From: Escherichia phage vB_Eco_F27
Sequence record: OP870146.1
Length of the DNA stretch: 64,000 nt
Reading direction: 5' to 3' (one strand)
Positions 42,449-52,747 of the stretch are shown here, piece by piece (positions within the stretch are counted from its first letter, which is position 1; each line of letters opens with the position of its first letter). A program made the position numbers and the translations under genes. A model generated the notes under the pieces. That model searched no databases. It had not been told where the DNA came from and was given only the letters and a program-made list of their open reading frames with translations.

Positions 42449-42936
42449 GTTTTAATAATCTCAATGATTTCATCTCGGGATAATCCGTTGATAAGAACGG
42501 TTTTCAAACCATCACACTGGATTTTGTACGATTCAAACAATACACACAACTCTTCTGCTGTATGATACGGACTTGAAATTCCGAGGCGGTTGAATTTGTC
42601 GGTAAGAGGGTCGCAAATAATGTAGAATTTTATACCAGCGATATGTACGTTTGGTTGACTAATATTAATGAACACATTAGCGTCATATTTAGTCAAATTG
42701 TTTTGAAGAAATTCTACCATGGCATTAACTGCTTCCGGCATCGCTTCGCGTTTCTCTTCAGCGTATCGGGTGGAATACTCTTTTTGTTTTACTTTCTTTT
42801 TAAGATTTTTGGCCAGTGTAACACGTAGGTCAGTAAGATAACCAACTGGACGTCCTTTCTTAAAGACCCGGATTCCGTCAGTTGTGTCTCCAAAAGCGGT
42901 TACGACCATATCGTTAGTAATCAATTGCATATTCAT
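42436..42936 (-). CDS. alc: Alc-like protein (host transcription unfolding/termination), by position
   Basis: 166 aa from the ATG preceded by GAGGAG RBS and an early promoter; T4 Alc ~167 aa and sits between rnlA and the spanins. Confidence 0.55.
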   Translation of the reverse strand: MNMQLITNDMVVTAFGDTTDGIRVFKKGRPVGYLTDLRVTLAKNLKKKVKQKEYSTRYAEEKREAMPEAVNAMVEFLQNNLTKYDANVFINISQPNVHIAGIKFYIICDPLTDKFNRLGISSPYHTAEELCVLFESYKIQCDGLKTVLINGLSRDEIIEIIKTCLK

Positions 42937-42966
42937 AATTTTCTCCTCGTGTTGTTGATAAAAGCC

Positions 42967-42996
42967 ATAGTAACACCTTCCTTGGTGTTTGTAAAC
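42967..42996 (-). promoter_or_regulatory. Early promoter for the alc-like gene
   Basis: GTTTAC-N18-TACTAT just after the rnlA stop; leader TATCAACAACACGAGGAGAAAA before the ATG. Confidence 0.55.
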
Positions 42997-42998
42997 CA

Positions 42999-44132
<1,134 letters not shown>

Positions 44133-44148
44133 TCAGTTAGTTTTTTTA

Positions 44149-44179
44149 AATTGTACCACAATCCTTGTGGTATGTAAAC
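44149..44179 (-). promoter_or_regulatory. Early promoter for rnlA
   Basis: GTTTAC-N18-TACAAT with internal inverted repeat CCACAAGGATTGTGG; -35 overlaps the denA stop. Confidence 0.55.
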
Positions 44180-44589
44180 TACTTTTTCTTATGTTGGATA
44201 TTCCAAGGCGGGTTGAACTTTTTGATAAAAAGTGGTTCTTCAAGATCCATTGTTGCGATGGTCATTGAACCGAGTTCATTGGTGACTGAAAGGTCAAAAC
44301 ATTGGCGGGCCCAGAATTCAACCTTTTTGCCTTGCATTAAGGCATCCAAAATCATAAGTGATTTTCTTGAATCTGAAGTCTGGTCTTTTCGATTTATGGC
44401 TGTTCGATAATAGTTAATGCGTTTCTTTAAATTCTTGGTTTTACCAATATACACAAGTTCGTCATCTATAGCAATAGCGTATATGACATTTTTCTTATTA
44501 GGGACATCAACTGTTTTAATTGTTGCATCTTCTAATAGCTCCAATTCTGTATATTTAATAAAGGAATATTCGGCGGCAATATCTTTCAT
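44179..44589 (-). CDS. denA: Endonuclease II (GIY-YIG family)
   Basis: 136 aa, same as T4 EndoII; GIY-YIG motif VIYAIAIDDELVYIGKTKNLKKRINYYR. Confidence 0.85.
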   Translation of the reverse strand: MKDIAAEYSFIKYTELELLEDATIKTVDVPNKKNVIYAIAIDDELVYIGKTKNLKKRINYYRTAINRKDQTSDSRKSLMILDALMQGKKVEFWARQCFDLSVTNELGSMTIATMDLEEPLFIKKFNPPWNIQHKKK

Positions 44590-44615
44590 AATAAAGTGGG
44601 ACCGAAGTCCCGTCC
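44590..44615 (-). promoter_or_regulatory. Structured translation initiation region of denA (hairpin between an SD-like AAGGA and the AUG)
   Basis: Minus strand UAAGGAC-GGGACUUCGGUCCC-ACUUUAUU-AUG. Confidence 0.45.
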
Positions 44616-45794
44616 TTAGAAATATTTTTTGTATGAATTGATTACATTTTGGTCTACATCATTATCAATTTGTGCGACAAGATAAGAGCTGATTTCAACT
44701 TCCTGAGGAGCTGCTTGAACTAAATCGGAGTTCAGATATTCACGAATCCAAGGATACGGATGCTTGGTCGGAGCATCAGTGATTGGGCATGGCAAACCAC
44801 ACTGTTTCATACGAGACACAGTCAAGTAATCAACAAAAGCACACATACTCTGTGTATTGATACCTGGGCATGTACCGTCTTTAAAGAGGTGTGCAGCCCA
44901 TTCCTTCTCTTGACTATTTACTTCCATAAAAATGTCAACTGCTTCTTGTTCACATTCTTTAGCAATTTGAACCCACTCATCGCCATCAGTACCAGATTGA
45001 AGTTGACGGATAATGTACTGAGTACCCTTGAGGTGGAGTTGTTCGTCACGAGCAATGAACTTCATAATCTTTGCATTACCTTCCATAATTTCCATATTTT
45101 TATGGAAGTTGAAAGTACATGCAAATGATACGTAAAAACGAATAGCTTCTAAGGCGTTGATAACATGCAAACAGAGGTAAAGAGATTTCATTAGCTCACG
45201 CTTCCAATATGTCTCATGCTCAATAGCATCTTCAATAACGTCTTCGTCTGCATTAATTTCTTTTTGGTATTCGATATCAGCTTTGGCATTTTCCCAATAA
45301 CGAGCTTTAACCAGAACATCATCATAATATCGTCCGATAGATTCGGCACGCTTCATAATAGCTTCATCTAATACAATCTCATCAAACACCTTCGATGGAT
45401 CTGTATAAAGATTTCGCATAATATGAGTATATGAACGAGAGTGAATAGTTTCACTGAAAGTCCATGTAGCAACCCATGTATCTAATGAAGGGTCTGAAAG
45501 CAATGACATAAGTACCGCAGATGGTGCTCTACCTTGGATAGAATCTAATAATGATTGATACTTAAGGTTGTTGGTAAAGATGTCCTGTTGGAACTGTGGA
45601 AGCTTATTAAACTGGGCCGAATCCAACATCAAGTTTACTTCCTCGGGACGCCAAAAGAACGAGAGCTGCTTTTCGATAAGCTCTTCAAAAACTTTATGAC
45701 GCTGAATATCATAACGTGCGAGGCCAAGACCAGAACCAAAGAACATCGGTTCATTCAAAACATCGACTTGTTGTGTGTTAAAAACTGTACTCAT
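44616..45794 (-). CDS. nrdB: Ribonucleotide reductase small subunit (class Ia)
   Basis: 392 aa, uninterrupted reading frame (no intron); position downstream of nrdA. Confidence 0.9.
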   Translation of the reverse strand: MSTVFNTQQVDVLNEPMFFGSGLGLARYDIQRHKVFEELIEKQLSFFWRPEEVNLMLDSAQFNKLPQFQQDIFTNNLKYQSLLDSIQGRAPSAVLMSLLSDPSLDTWVATWTFSETIHSRSYTHIMRNLYTDPSKVFDEIVLDEAIMKRAESIGRYYDDVLVKARYWENAKADIEYQKEINADEDVIEDAIEHETYWKRELMKSLYLCLHVINALEAIRFYVSFACTFNFHKNMEIMEGNAKIMKFIARDEQLHLKGTQYIIRQLQSGTDGDEWVQIAKECEQEAVDIFMEVNSQEKEWAAHLFKDGTCPGINTQSMCAFVDYLTVSRMKQCGLPCPITDAPTKHPYPWIREYLNSDLVQAAPQEVEISSYLVAQIDNDVDQNVINSYKKYF

Positions 45795-45849
45795 TATATT
45801 TTCTCACTTAGTTATTAACTCATCCATGAGTAAATTATAATCAAAAGTC

Positions 45850-48105
45850 TTAAAGCTTACAAGCAGAACAATCTTCAGCTTTAGGTGTTTCTAATTCATA
45901 GTCATCTGTACCTGACCCATCACGAGTGTTATGATAGTAGAGGTTTTTTCCGCCAAAGTACCAGAAGTAAAGCAGATCGTCAAGCATTACTGACATTGGC
46001 ACTTTACCTTTCTCAAATACTGCAGGGTCATAGTAAGTATTAGCAGAAGCAGATTGGCACACCCATTTCAACATGATAGCAACTTGGGTCAAATAAGGTT
46101 TATTACCTTTCTTAGCAAGTTTCCACGCATAGTCGTAAAGACTCATGTTATGTTCGATATTAGGAACAACCTGACGGAAGTTGCCTTCTTTAGATTCTTT
46201 AATACTTACTGGACCGCGTGGGGGCTCAATCCCGTTTGTAGAGTTTGATACTTGACTGCTTGACTCACAAGGCATAAGTGCAGACAACGTTGAGTTACGA
46301 ATTCCATGTTCTTTGAGTTCAGCTCGAAGTTCTTCCCAGTCACAGACGTAGTTCGGGGCTGCGATTTGGTCAATCTTTTTATTGTACCAGTCGATAGGTA
46401 ATTCGCCTCTAGACCATTTAGTGTCTGAATAATACTCGCAATATCCTTTTTCTTTGGCGAGTTTGATTGAAGCTTTGATAAGGCCATATTGCAATCTCTC
46501 AAACAATTCATGAGTCAAATCGTTAGCGTCTTCGTATGAAGCAAAGTTAGAAGCTAACCATGCAGCATAGTTCGTAACACCAACACCAAGATTACGACGC
46601 TTTTTAGCTTTTAAAGCTTCTGGAACCGGATAATCTTGATAGTCTAACAGGTTATCAAGTGCACGTACTTGTACTTCAGCAAGTTCATTAATTTTATCTT
46701 GGTCTTGCCAATCAAATTTATCTAATACAAAAGCAGATAATGTGCATAAACCAATTTCAGCATCAGGACCATTCACATCATTAGTTGGAATAGCGATTTC
46801 ACAACATAAGTTACTCTGACGAATTGGAGCTTTTTCACGAATAAATGGAGTGTAGTTATTCGTGTTATCAACAAACTGTGGATAAATTCGAGCAGTGCCA
46901 GAACGTTCAGTCATGAACAATTCAAAGAGTTCTAGTGCTTTGATTCTTTTCTTTCTGATTGTTGGGTCTTTTTCAGCTTTCTCATAAAGCTCACGGAATT
47001 TATCTTGATCTTCAAAGAACGAGTAGTATAGTTCGCCTGACATTTCATGAGGGCTAAATAAAGTAATATAATCATTTTTACCAAGGCGTTCCATCATAAG
47101 GTCATTAATCTGAATTCCGTAGTCCATATGTCGAATACGGTTTTCATCCACGCCTTTGTTATTTTTCAGAACTAATAGGTTCTCTACTTCTAAGTGCCAC
47201 ATCGGATAATACGCTGTAGCAGCACCACCACGAATACCACCTTGAGAACAAGATTTTACTGCAGTTTGGAAATGTTTCCAGAATGGAATAACACCCGTAT
47301 GTCGAACTTCACCCATACCGATCTTAGAACCTTCTGCACGAAGCATACCAACGTTGATACCAATACCAGCCCGTTTAGAAATATATTCAATAATTGATGC
47401 TGAAGTTTTGTTAATAGATTTTAACGAATCACCGGCTTCAATAACTACACAACTAGAGAACTGGCGAGTTGGAGTACGAGCACCTGCCATAATTGGGGTT
47501 GGCAATGAAACTTGATGAGTAGAAACGGCATCATAAAAACGAATAATATGTTTCAAACGGTCATGAGTTTCGTCTTGATGTAAGGCCATACCAATAGCCA
47601 TGATAGCAAACTGTGGAGTTTCATAAATCTTCCCAGTTGTTTTATCTTTAACTAGATATTTTTCTTTAAGCTGCATAGCACCAGCATAAGTCAGGTCAAA
47701 GTCTCGTTCATGTTTAATCTGTGAATCGAGATAAATGATTTCTTCTGCTGAATATTGAGACAACAGCTCAGGGTCATATTTGCCTTCATTAACACAATAA
47801 GAAATATGGTCGATAAAAGCAGGCGGTTCAAACTGCCCATATACATCTTTACGAAGTGCAAACATTAGCCCTTTGGCGGCGACATACTGATAATCAGGTT
47901 CTTCGACAGAAATCGAGTTAGCTGCAACTTTAATACAAATCTTCTGAATATCTTTGGTGCTCATCCCATCGACAAGATGAGTCTTAATTTCTTCGTACAA
48001 TTCATATGGGTCAATTTGTGTTCCTTCACATTGCCAAGTTAAGACTTGAATAATTTTCTGTGCATCAAAATTTTGGGATACACCACTGCTCTTAGTTACT
48101 TGCAT
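45850..48105 (-). CDS. nrdA: Ribonucleotide reductase large subunit (class Ia)
   Basis: 751 aa; C-terminal CSACKL redox tail; structured leader with extended -10. Confidence 0.92.
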   Translation of the reverse strand: MQVTKSSGVSQNFDAQKIIQVLTWQCEGTQIDPYELYEEIKTHLVDGMSTKDIQKICIKVAANSISVEEPDYQYVAAKGLMFALRKDVYGQFEPPAFIDHISYCVNEGKYDPELLSQYSAEEIIYLDSQIKHERDFDLTYAGAMQLKEKYLVKDKTTGKIYETPQFAIMAIGMALHQDETHDRLKHIIRFYDAVSTHQVSLPTPIMAGARTPTRQFSSCVVIEAGDSLKSINKTSASIIEYISKRAGIGINVGMLRAEGSKIGMGEVRHTGVIPFWKHFQTAVKSCSQGGIRGGAATAYYPMWHLEVENLLVLKNNKGVDENRIRHMDYGIQINDLMMERLGKNDYITLFSPHEMSGELYYSFFEDQDKFRELYEKAEKDPTIRKKRIKALELFELFMTERSGTARIYPQFVDNTNNYTPFIREKAPIRQSNLCCEIAIPTNDVNGPDAEIGLCTLSAFVLDKFDWQDQDKINELAEVQVRALDNLLDYQDYPVPEALKAKKRRNLGVGVTNYAAWLASNFASYEDANDLTHELFERLQYGLIKASIKLAKEKGYCEYYSDTKWSRGELPIDWYNKKIDQIAAPNYVCDWEELRAELKEHGIRNSTLSALMPCESSSQVSNSTNGIEPPRGPVSIKESKEGNFRQVVPNIEHNMSLYDYAWKLAKKGNKPYLTQVAIMLKWVCQSASANTYYDPAVFEKGKVPMSVMLDDLLYFWYFGGKNLYYHNTRDGSGTDDYELETPKAEDCSACKL

Positions 48106-48192
48106 ATATTCCTCAGTATAGGTTGATAGACATTACTCCAAACGGGATAGTATTTATCCCGTTAATTTATTATACACTTTTAAACTGAAGCG

Positions 48193-48447
48193 TTAATTAT
48201 CCTCAGCAATAATTTCTTCATATTCTTTAGGTGTCAAGACTGTGATATTGAAATAAACCAACGGTTCTTTTTCTATACCGAATCCACCACAGAATTCACG
48301 ATATTCATAAATTCGTTCATGTGAATAACAAATGAATCGTTCACCTTTAACTGTGATTTCACTATTCGGTGAAGGGATATCTAGTTCGGTAGGATTTTTC
48401 ATTTCAAAAATTGTGGTGCCATATGAATTAATAAAACGTAAAATCAT
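48193..48447 (-). CDS. Hypothetical protein (T4 nrdA.1 position)
   Basis: 84-aa ORF between td exon 2 and nrdA. Confidence 0.45.
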   Translation of the reverse strand: MILRFINSYGTTIFEMKNPTELDIPSPNSEITVKGERFICYSHERIYEYREFCGGFGIEKEPLVYFNITVLTPKEYEEIIAEDN

Positions 48448-48448
48448 T

Positions 48449-48760
48449 TTATACCGCCATTTTAGCTTTGATAGCTGGATGTGATTCGTAATTTTTAAGA
48501 ACGAAATCAGAATGTGTCATCGTTCCAGTAACCCAGTCCATTTGGATTTTTGTAGGCCAATTCTCAAAATTACTAGGCCAATTAATTTCAAGAGAACATA
48601 ACTCTTTAGGTTCACGACGAAGAACTTCTTTGCATTGTTCTACATGATTGCTGTAGATATGCGTGTTGCCGCCTGAGAACACTAAATCACCTGGGATAAG
48701 GTTACACATCTTCGCTACAATATGCGTCAAGGCAGCGTACGAGGCAATGTTGAACGGCAG
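48449..48760 (-). CDS. td: Thymidylate synthase, exon 2 (codons 184-286 plus stop)
   Basis: Encodes LPFNIASYAALTHIVAKMCNLIPGDL...KMAV, the C-terminal part of thymidylate synthase; the apparent ATG at 48761-48763 belongs to the intron 3' end. Confidence 0.9.
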   Translation of the reverse strand: MPFNIASYAALTHIVAKMCNLIPGDLVFSGGNTHIYSNHVEQCKEVLRREPKELCSLEINWPSNFENWPTKIQMDWVTGTMTHSDFVLKNYESHPAIKAKMAV

Positions 48761-49776
48761 CATTATGTTCAGATAAGGTCGTTAATCTTATCCCGGAATT
48801 ATATCCAGCTGCATGTCACCATGCAGAGCAGACTATATCTCCAACTTGTTAAAGCAAGTTGTCTATCGTTTCGAGTCACTTGACCCTACTCCCTAAAGGG
48901 ATAGTCGTTAGGCATTTATGTAGAACCAATTCCACTTATCAGATTTTACACGGTAAGTAACTAATCCTGATGAAATTTCAAAATGTCTAGCCGCATCGGC
49001 TGCACATTCAAAAATAATCCCATCGCATGAAATCTTTTTGATGTTAGCTGGCTTTTTGCCTTTCATCTTTTCAGATAGTTTAGTTTTAGTTTTTTCTGAA
49101 TGTTTGTGATTAAAGAACGGGTTATTTTCACCTGAACGTTTTCGGCACTTTCCACAAGTATCGGCCGAAGATGGTATGCGAACACCGCATTTACAAAACT
49201 TGTGGTTTTCTGGATTCCATCGGCCATTTTTACTTCCGTGTTTACCATAAAGAGCTTTCCGACCATCAGGACCAAGCTTAAGCATCTTAGCTTTAACAGT
49301 TTCAGCTCGTTTCTTAGCAATTTCTTCTTTTAATGGATGATTTGAAAGCACATCGCCAAAAGACGCATCAGCAATATTATATCCATTAATTTTAGAATTT
49401 AGCTCTTTAATCCAAAAATTTTCTCGTTCAATAATCAAATCTTTCTCATATGGAATTTCTTCCAGTACAGAGCATTCAAAAACATTACCATGTTTATTAA
49501 AAGACCTTTGAAATTTTATAGAAGAGTGAACACCGTTTTCAAGGTCTTTAAAATGCCTCTTCCATCTTTTCTCAAAATCTTTAGCACTTCCAACATACAC
49601 TTTACCGTTTAAAGTGTTTTTAATCTGATAAATTCCGCTTTTCATAAACACCTCTTTTTATATAGAAGTATTTATTAAAGGGTAGTCCTACAATTTAGCA
49701 CGGGATTGTCTACTAGAGAGGTCCCCCGTTTAGATAGATTACAAGTATAAGTCACCTTATACCTAGGCCTAAATTA
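48761..49776 (-). mobile_element. Group I self-splicing intron in td (1016 nt) carrying the I-TevI homing endonuclease gene
   Basis: 5' end reads UAAUUUAGGCCUAGGUAUAAGGUGACUUAUACUUGUAAUCUAUCUAAACGGGG..., 3' end ...AUAAGAUUAACGACCUUAUCUGAACAUAAUG; matches the T4 td intron as recalled; exon 1 ends GGU and exon 2 resumes in frame. Confidence 0.88.
48908..49645 (-). CDS. I-TevI GIY-YIG homing endonuclease (intron ORF)
   Basis: 245 aa from MKSGIYQIKNTLNGKVYVGSAKDFEKRWKRH; GIY-YIG motif and C-terminal DNA-binding region very close to T4 I-TevI as recalled. Confidence 0.9.
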   Translation of the reverse strand: MKSGIYQIKNTLNGKVYVGSAKDFEKRWKRHFKDLENGVHSSIKFQRSFNKHGNVFECSVLEEIPYEKDLIIERENFWIKELNSKINGYNIADASFGDVLSNHPLKEEIAKKRAETVKAKMLKLGPDGRKALYGKHGSKNGRWNPENHKFCKCGVRIPSSADTCGKCRKRSGENNPFFNHKHSEKTKTKLSEKMKGKKPANIKKISCDGIIFECAADAARHFEISSGLVTYRVKSDKWNWFYINA

Positions 49777-50325
49777 ACCTAAGAAAACATCGACACTGCG
49801 TTGGTACCATTGTAAATCAAGATGTCCATTACGCACATTGAACTGATAGAACATATGGCAAGGAGGAAGAGCCATTTGGTCAATTTCGGCCGGGTTCCAT
49901 GCAGAAACTATTTGACGTCGATCATTAGGAAGAGCTTTAATACGGTCGATAGTTTTGACCAATTGGTCCACACCACCGAAATCACGCCATTGCTTACCAT
50001 AAATAGGACCAAGTTCGCCGCTATGATATCCAAGGTCTTTTGCCTGATTTTCATAGTTGTCGTCCCAAATAGTTTTACCTTGAATAAGACTACCATGAGT
50101 ACGAATACGCAAATCATTAACATTGGTAGAACCAGACATGAACCACAGTAACTCGGCAATACAAGCTTTCCATGCTAATTTCTTAGTTGTTACTGCAGGA
50201 AATCCTTTAGTAAGGTCCCATCGCAATTTAGTTCCGAATAGAGCAATTGTTCCGGTACCTGTACGGTCGTCTGTTTCATAGCCATTTTCTAAGATATCTT
50301 TAATCAAATCTTGATATTGTTTCAT
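49777..50325 (-). CDS. td: Thymidylate synthase, exon 1 (codons 1-183)
   Basis: MKQYQDLIKDILENGYE...active-site region ALPPCH...QRSVDVFLG; in-frame stop immediately follows inside the intron. Confidence 0.9.
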
Positions 50326-50909
50326 TTATATACGCTCTCAGTAATTTCGGTGAGTTCATCGATTCTGTAGTAATGAGATTCTACCATAGAACGTTGAAGC
50401 ATAATATCCTGGACGAAATCTTTATCAAGTTGAACATCTGAATTAACACGACATTTCTTAATGATTTTAGTCATCACAATTTCATCAGCATAAGGCAATG
50501 CTTGTTTCAATAAAGCAGGGCCACCAATAACAGATACATCAACATGTTCAGTAGAAAGTTTAAACGGTACGTCAGTTGCAGGGCTAAACAGGTTAATTTC
50601 AGCACCAGTCACCAGGGTAATAAATTCAGATTGGGTGATATAGAAACGCGCAAGTTCGTTGGTTTTGGTCCTAGGCAGTTCTCTGGTCATATCAGTGACA
50701 ACCACATGAGTACGATCTGGTAGTAGACGAGGTAATGATGCAAAAGTCTTAGCACCCATAACCATTACAGTGTTTTTAGTGCGAGCAACAAAGTTACTCA
50801 TATCTTGTTTGATATGCTTCCATGGAAGTCCATCACCTAATCCAAAAGCATATTCCAGTTTATCATCAACTGTTTTAGTCGGAGCACATGCGAATACTAA
50901 TTTAAGCAT
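50322..50909 (-). CDS. frd: Dihydrofolate reductase
   Basis: 195 aa; matches T4 Frd as recalled (AFGLGDGLPW...VIGGPALL...ALPYADE...ESVYK); 4-nt overlap with the td start. Confidence 0.88.
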   Translation of the reverse strand: MLKLVFACAPTKTVDDKLEYAFGLGDGLPWKHIKQDMSNFVARTKNTVMVMGAKTFASLPRLLPDRTHVVVTDMTRELPRTKTNELARFYITQSEFITLVTGAEINLFSPATDVPFKLSTEHVDVSVIGGPALLKQALPYADEIVMTKIIKKCRVNSDVQLDKDFVQDIMLQRSMVESHYYRIDELTEITESVYK

Positions 50910-50911
50910 TT

Positions 50912-51160
50912 TTATTTCCTCAGATTTTTCTTAACAACTTTCCAATCAGCTTTAAACGATTCAACATCAGAGTGGTGAATCCAGAATCCTGCACTTTCAC
51001 CATCTTCGTAGAGTGGACATCCATCACATTCTTCGTTCCAACCCATTTCACGTAAAGCTTCTTCAGCTTGTTCAAGGAGTTCAGCGTCTTTACCAACGAT
51101 GTTGAAGTACCATTTACCTCTAACTTCAGAATCTTTGATGCTCTGGCGTTGCAATCTCAT
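50912..51160 (-). CDS. Hypothetical 82-aa protein (T4 frd.1 position)
   Basis: Start reassigned to MRLQRQ... preceded by AAGGAG RBS; the longer ORF-track version would cover its own promoter. Confidence 0.45.
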   Translation of the reverse strand: MRLQRQSIKDSEVRGKWYFNIVGKDAELLEQAEEALREMGWNEECDGCPLYEDGESAGFWIHHSDVESFKADWKVVKKNLRK

Positions 51161-51222
51161 TTTATTCTCCTTCACTTTTGATTTGATAGGGCTACTATAA
51201 CATAACCCTATCTGATTGTACA

Positions 51223-51615
51223 CTACTTTTTAAAAGTGTTTTGTAAAAGTTTGATGATTTCGTCGACGTTGGTTTCATCTACGATACAATGGATTTTTGT
51301 TACACCTAAAGCTATACCTTCGTTAGTAGGTTGAGGCTTTACTAAATCTACCTCAGTAAAGTATTTGAACTCGTCAGGATAAATCTCAAAATAAGTTTCA
51401 ATTTCACCACCGGCAGAACATACAGTACCATCTTCCATAGTTACACTTACTACGTTTGACGTATCGCTATCATAATCAGGTTCCATTCCGTTTACAACAA
51501 AACTAGGCCCGTGGAGTTCAATCAATTTTAACATCTTAGCGTTATTATGTGGTGCTTCTTGAACAAAGTCATCTTTAAATAAAGGGTTAATGATATAAGA
51601 TTTTCCGATTTCCAT
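51223..51615 (-). CDS. Hypothetical 130-aa protein (T4 frd.2 position)
   Basis: ORF with early promoter and conserved leader at 51616-51673. Confidence 0.5.
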   Translation of the reverse strand: MEIGKSYIINPLFKDDFVQEAPHNNAKMLKLIELHGPSFVVNGMEPDYDSDTSNVVSVTMEDGTVCSAGGEIETYFEIYPDEFKYFTEVDLVKPQPTNEGIALGVTKIHCIVDETNVDEIIKLLQNTFKK

Positions 51616-51644
51616 TTTGATTTCCTCATGTTGTTGATAGGTCT

Positions 51645-51673
51645 ATAGTAACACATCTAGGGAAGAAGTAAAC
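51645..51673 (-). promoter_or_regulatory. Early promoter for ORF 51223-51615
   Basis: GTTTAC-N17-TACTAT, then leader CTATCAACAACATGAGGAAATCAAA before the ATG. Confidence 0.55.
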
Positions 51674-51692
51674 AACTTTTTCAGTAAGTTAT

Positions 51693-51722
51693 AGATACTC
51701 AAAAGGGAGACCGAAGTCTCCC
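51693..51722 (-). terminator. Intrinsic terminator after gene 32
   Basis: Minus strand GGGAGACTTCGGTCTCCC followed by TTTTGAGTATCTAT. Confidence 0.75.
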
Positions 51723-51728
51723 AATTTA

Positions 51729-52631
51729 TTATAGACCAGCTAACAGGTCATCGAGGTCGCCATCATCAGAGGATGAGGTAGAGCTCATGAAGTCATCTTC
51801 AGTTTTTGCAGAACTAAAGGCTTCCATGTCTTTATCAAAATCGTCAAGGTCAGAAGCAACTTTATCTGCAACAGAAGCTGCGGCAGCAGCTGCACCACCC
51901 AGAGCGGCAGTACCAAGAACCTTAGCGAAAGATTCATTTAATTTTTCAAAAGATTTGAACTGATCTTTAGCCGTCAAAGTAGTAAGGTCTACCATCTGGT
52001 CATATAGTTCTTTCTGGAATGCTTCGTCATTAATACGAGGAATTTCAGATTGACCCAAGAATTTAGATTCGTCATAGTTGCTAAAACCTGAAACCTGCTT
52101 AGCTTTCAGAACGAAGTTGGCACCTTCAAACGGACAAGTAACATCAACTGGAGTTTCACCCATTTCGGTATCAACAGCAATCATTGCATTGATTTTGTCC
52201 CAAATCTTTTTACCGAAACGATATTTAAATACTTTACCTTCGTTATCTGGAGCTTGAGGGTCTTTAACAACCAGAATATTAGCCCAATAAGAAGTTTTAC
52301 GTTTCAGTTGAGAATATTCATTTTTGTTGGTATTGTACAGGTCATTTTTACTAATGTACTGACATACAGGACAAGAGTCATAATCACCATGTGTAGAAGA
52401 GCAATTTTCAATATACCATTTACCATTTTTCTTGAAACCGTGGTTAACAAGAATTGCAAATGGTAGTGCATCATCAGTTTTTGCTGGCAAGAAACGAATT
52501 ACCGCTTGACCATTACCTGATGCATCTAGCTTCAGCTTCCATTCGCCTTTATCTTCTGAAGAGAAACCTTTGTTACCGTTCAGTTTAGCCATTTGAGCAG
52601 CGAGGTCAGCAGTAGATTTACGTTTAAACAT
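51729..52631 (-). CDS. 32: Single-stranded DNA-binding protein gp32
   Basis: 300 aa; close match to T4 gp32 as recalled ([36 protein letters not shown]...), acidic C-terminus; terminator hairpin downstream. Confidence 0.95.
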   Translation of the reverse strand: MFKRKSTADLAAQMAKLNGNKGFSSEDKGEWKLKLDASGNGQAVIRFLPAKTDDALPFAILVNHGFKKNGKWYIENCSSTHGDYDSCPVCQYISKNDLYNTNKNEYSQLKRKTSYWANILVVKDPQAPDNEGKVFKYRFGKKIWDKINAMIAVDTEMGETPVDVTCPFEGANFVLKAKQVSGFSNYDESKFLGQSEIPRINDEAFQKELYDQMVDLTTLTAKDQFKSFEKLNESFAKVLGTAALGGAAAAAASVADKVASDLDDFDKDMEAFSSAKTEDDFMSSTSSSDDGDLDDLLAGL

Positions 52632-52747
52632 TATATTTACCTTTATTTAGATTATTTAATTTATTTACAGTTGGTTGCTACGACACTTATACCTCGTAGC
52701 TGGTATGATTTATTTATAAAGTAATTTTAACACACAAGAAATAAAGC

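Noticed and set aside
48761-48763. Apparent ATG start of td exon 2 (MLPFNIASY...)
   Set aside because: The ATG is the last three nucleotides of the intron (…CAUAAUG); exon 2 is joined to exon 1 by splicing and is not an independent gene
51161-51223. N-terminal extension of ORF 50912-51223
   Set aside because: The first 21 codons overlap the promoter and leader; the internal ATG preceded by AAGGAG is the more likely start
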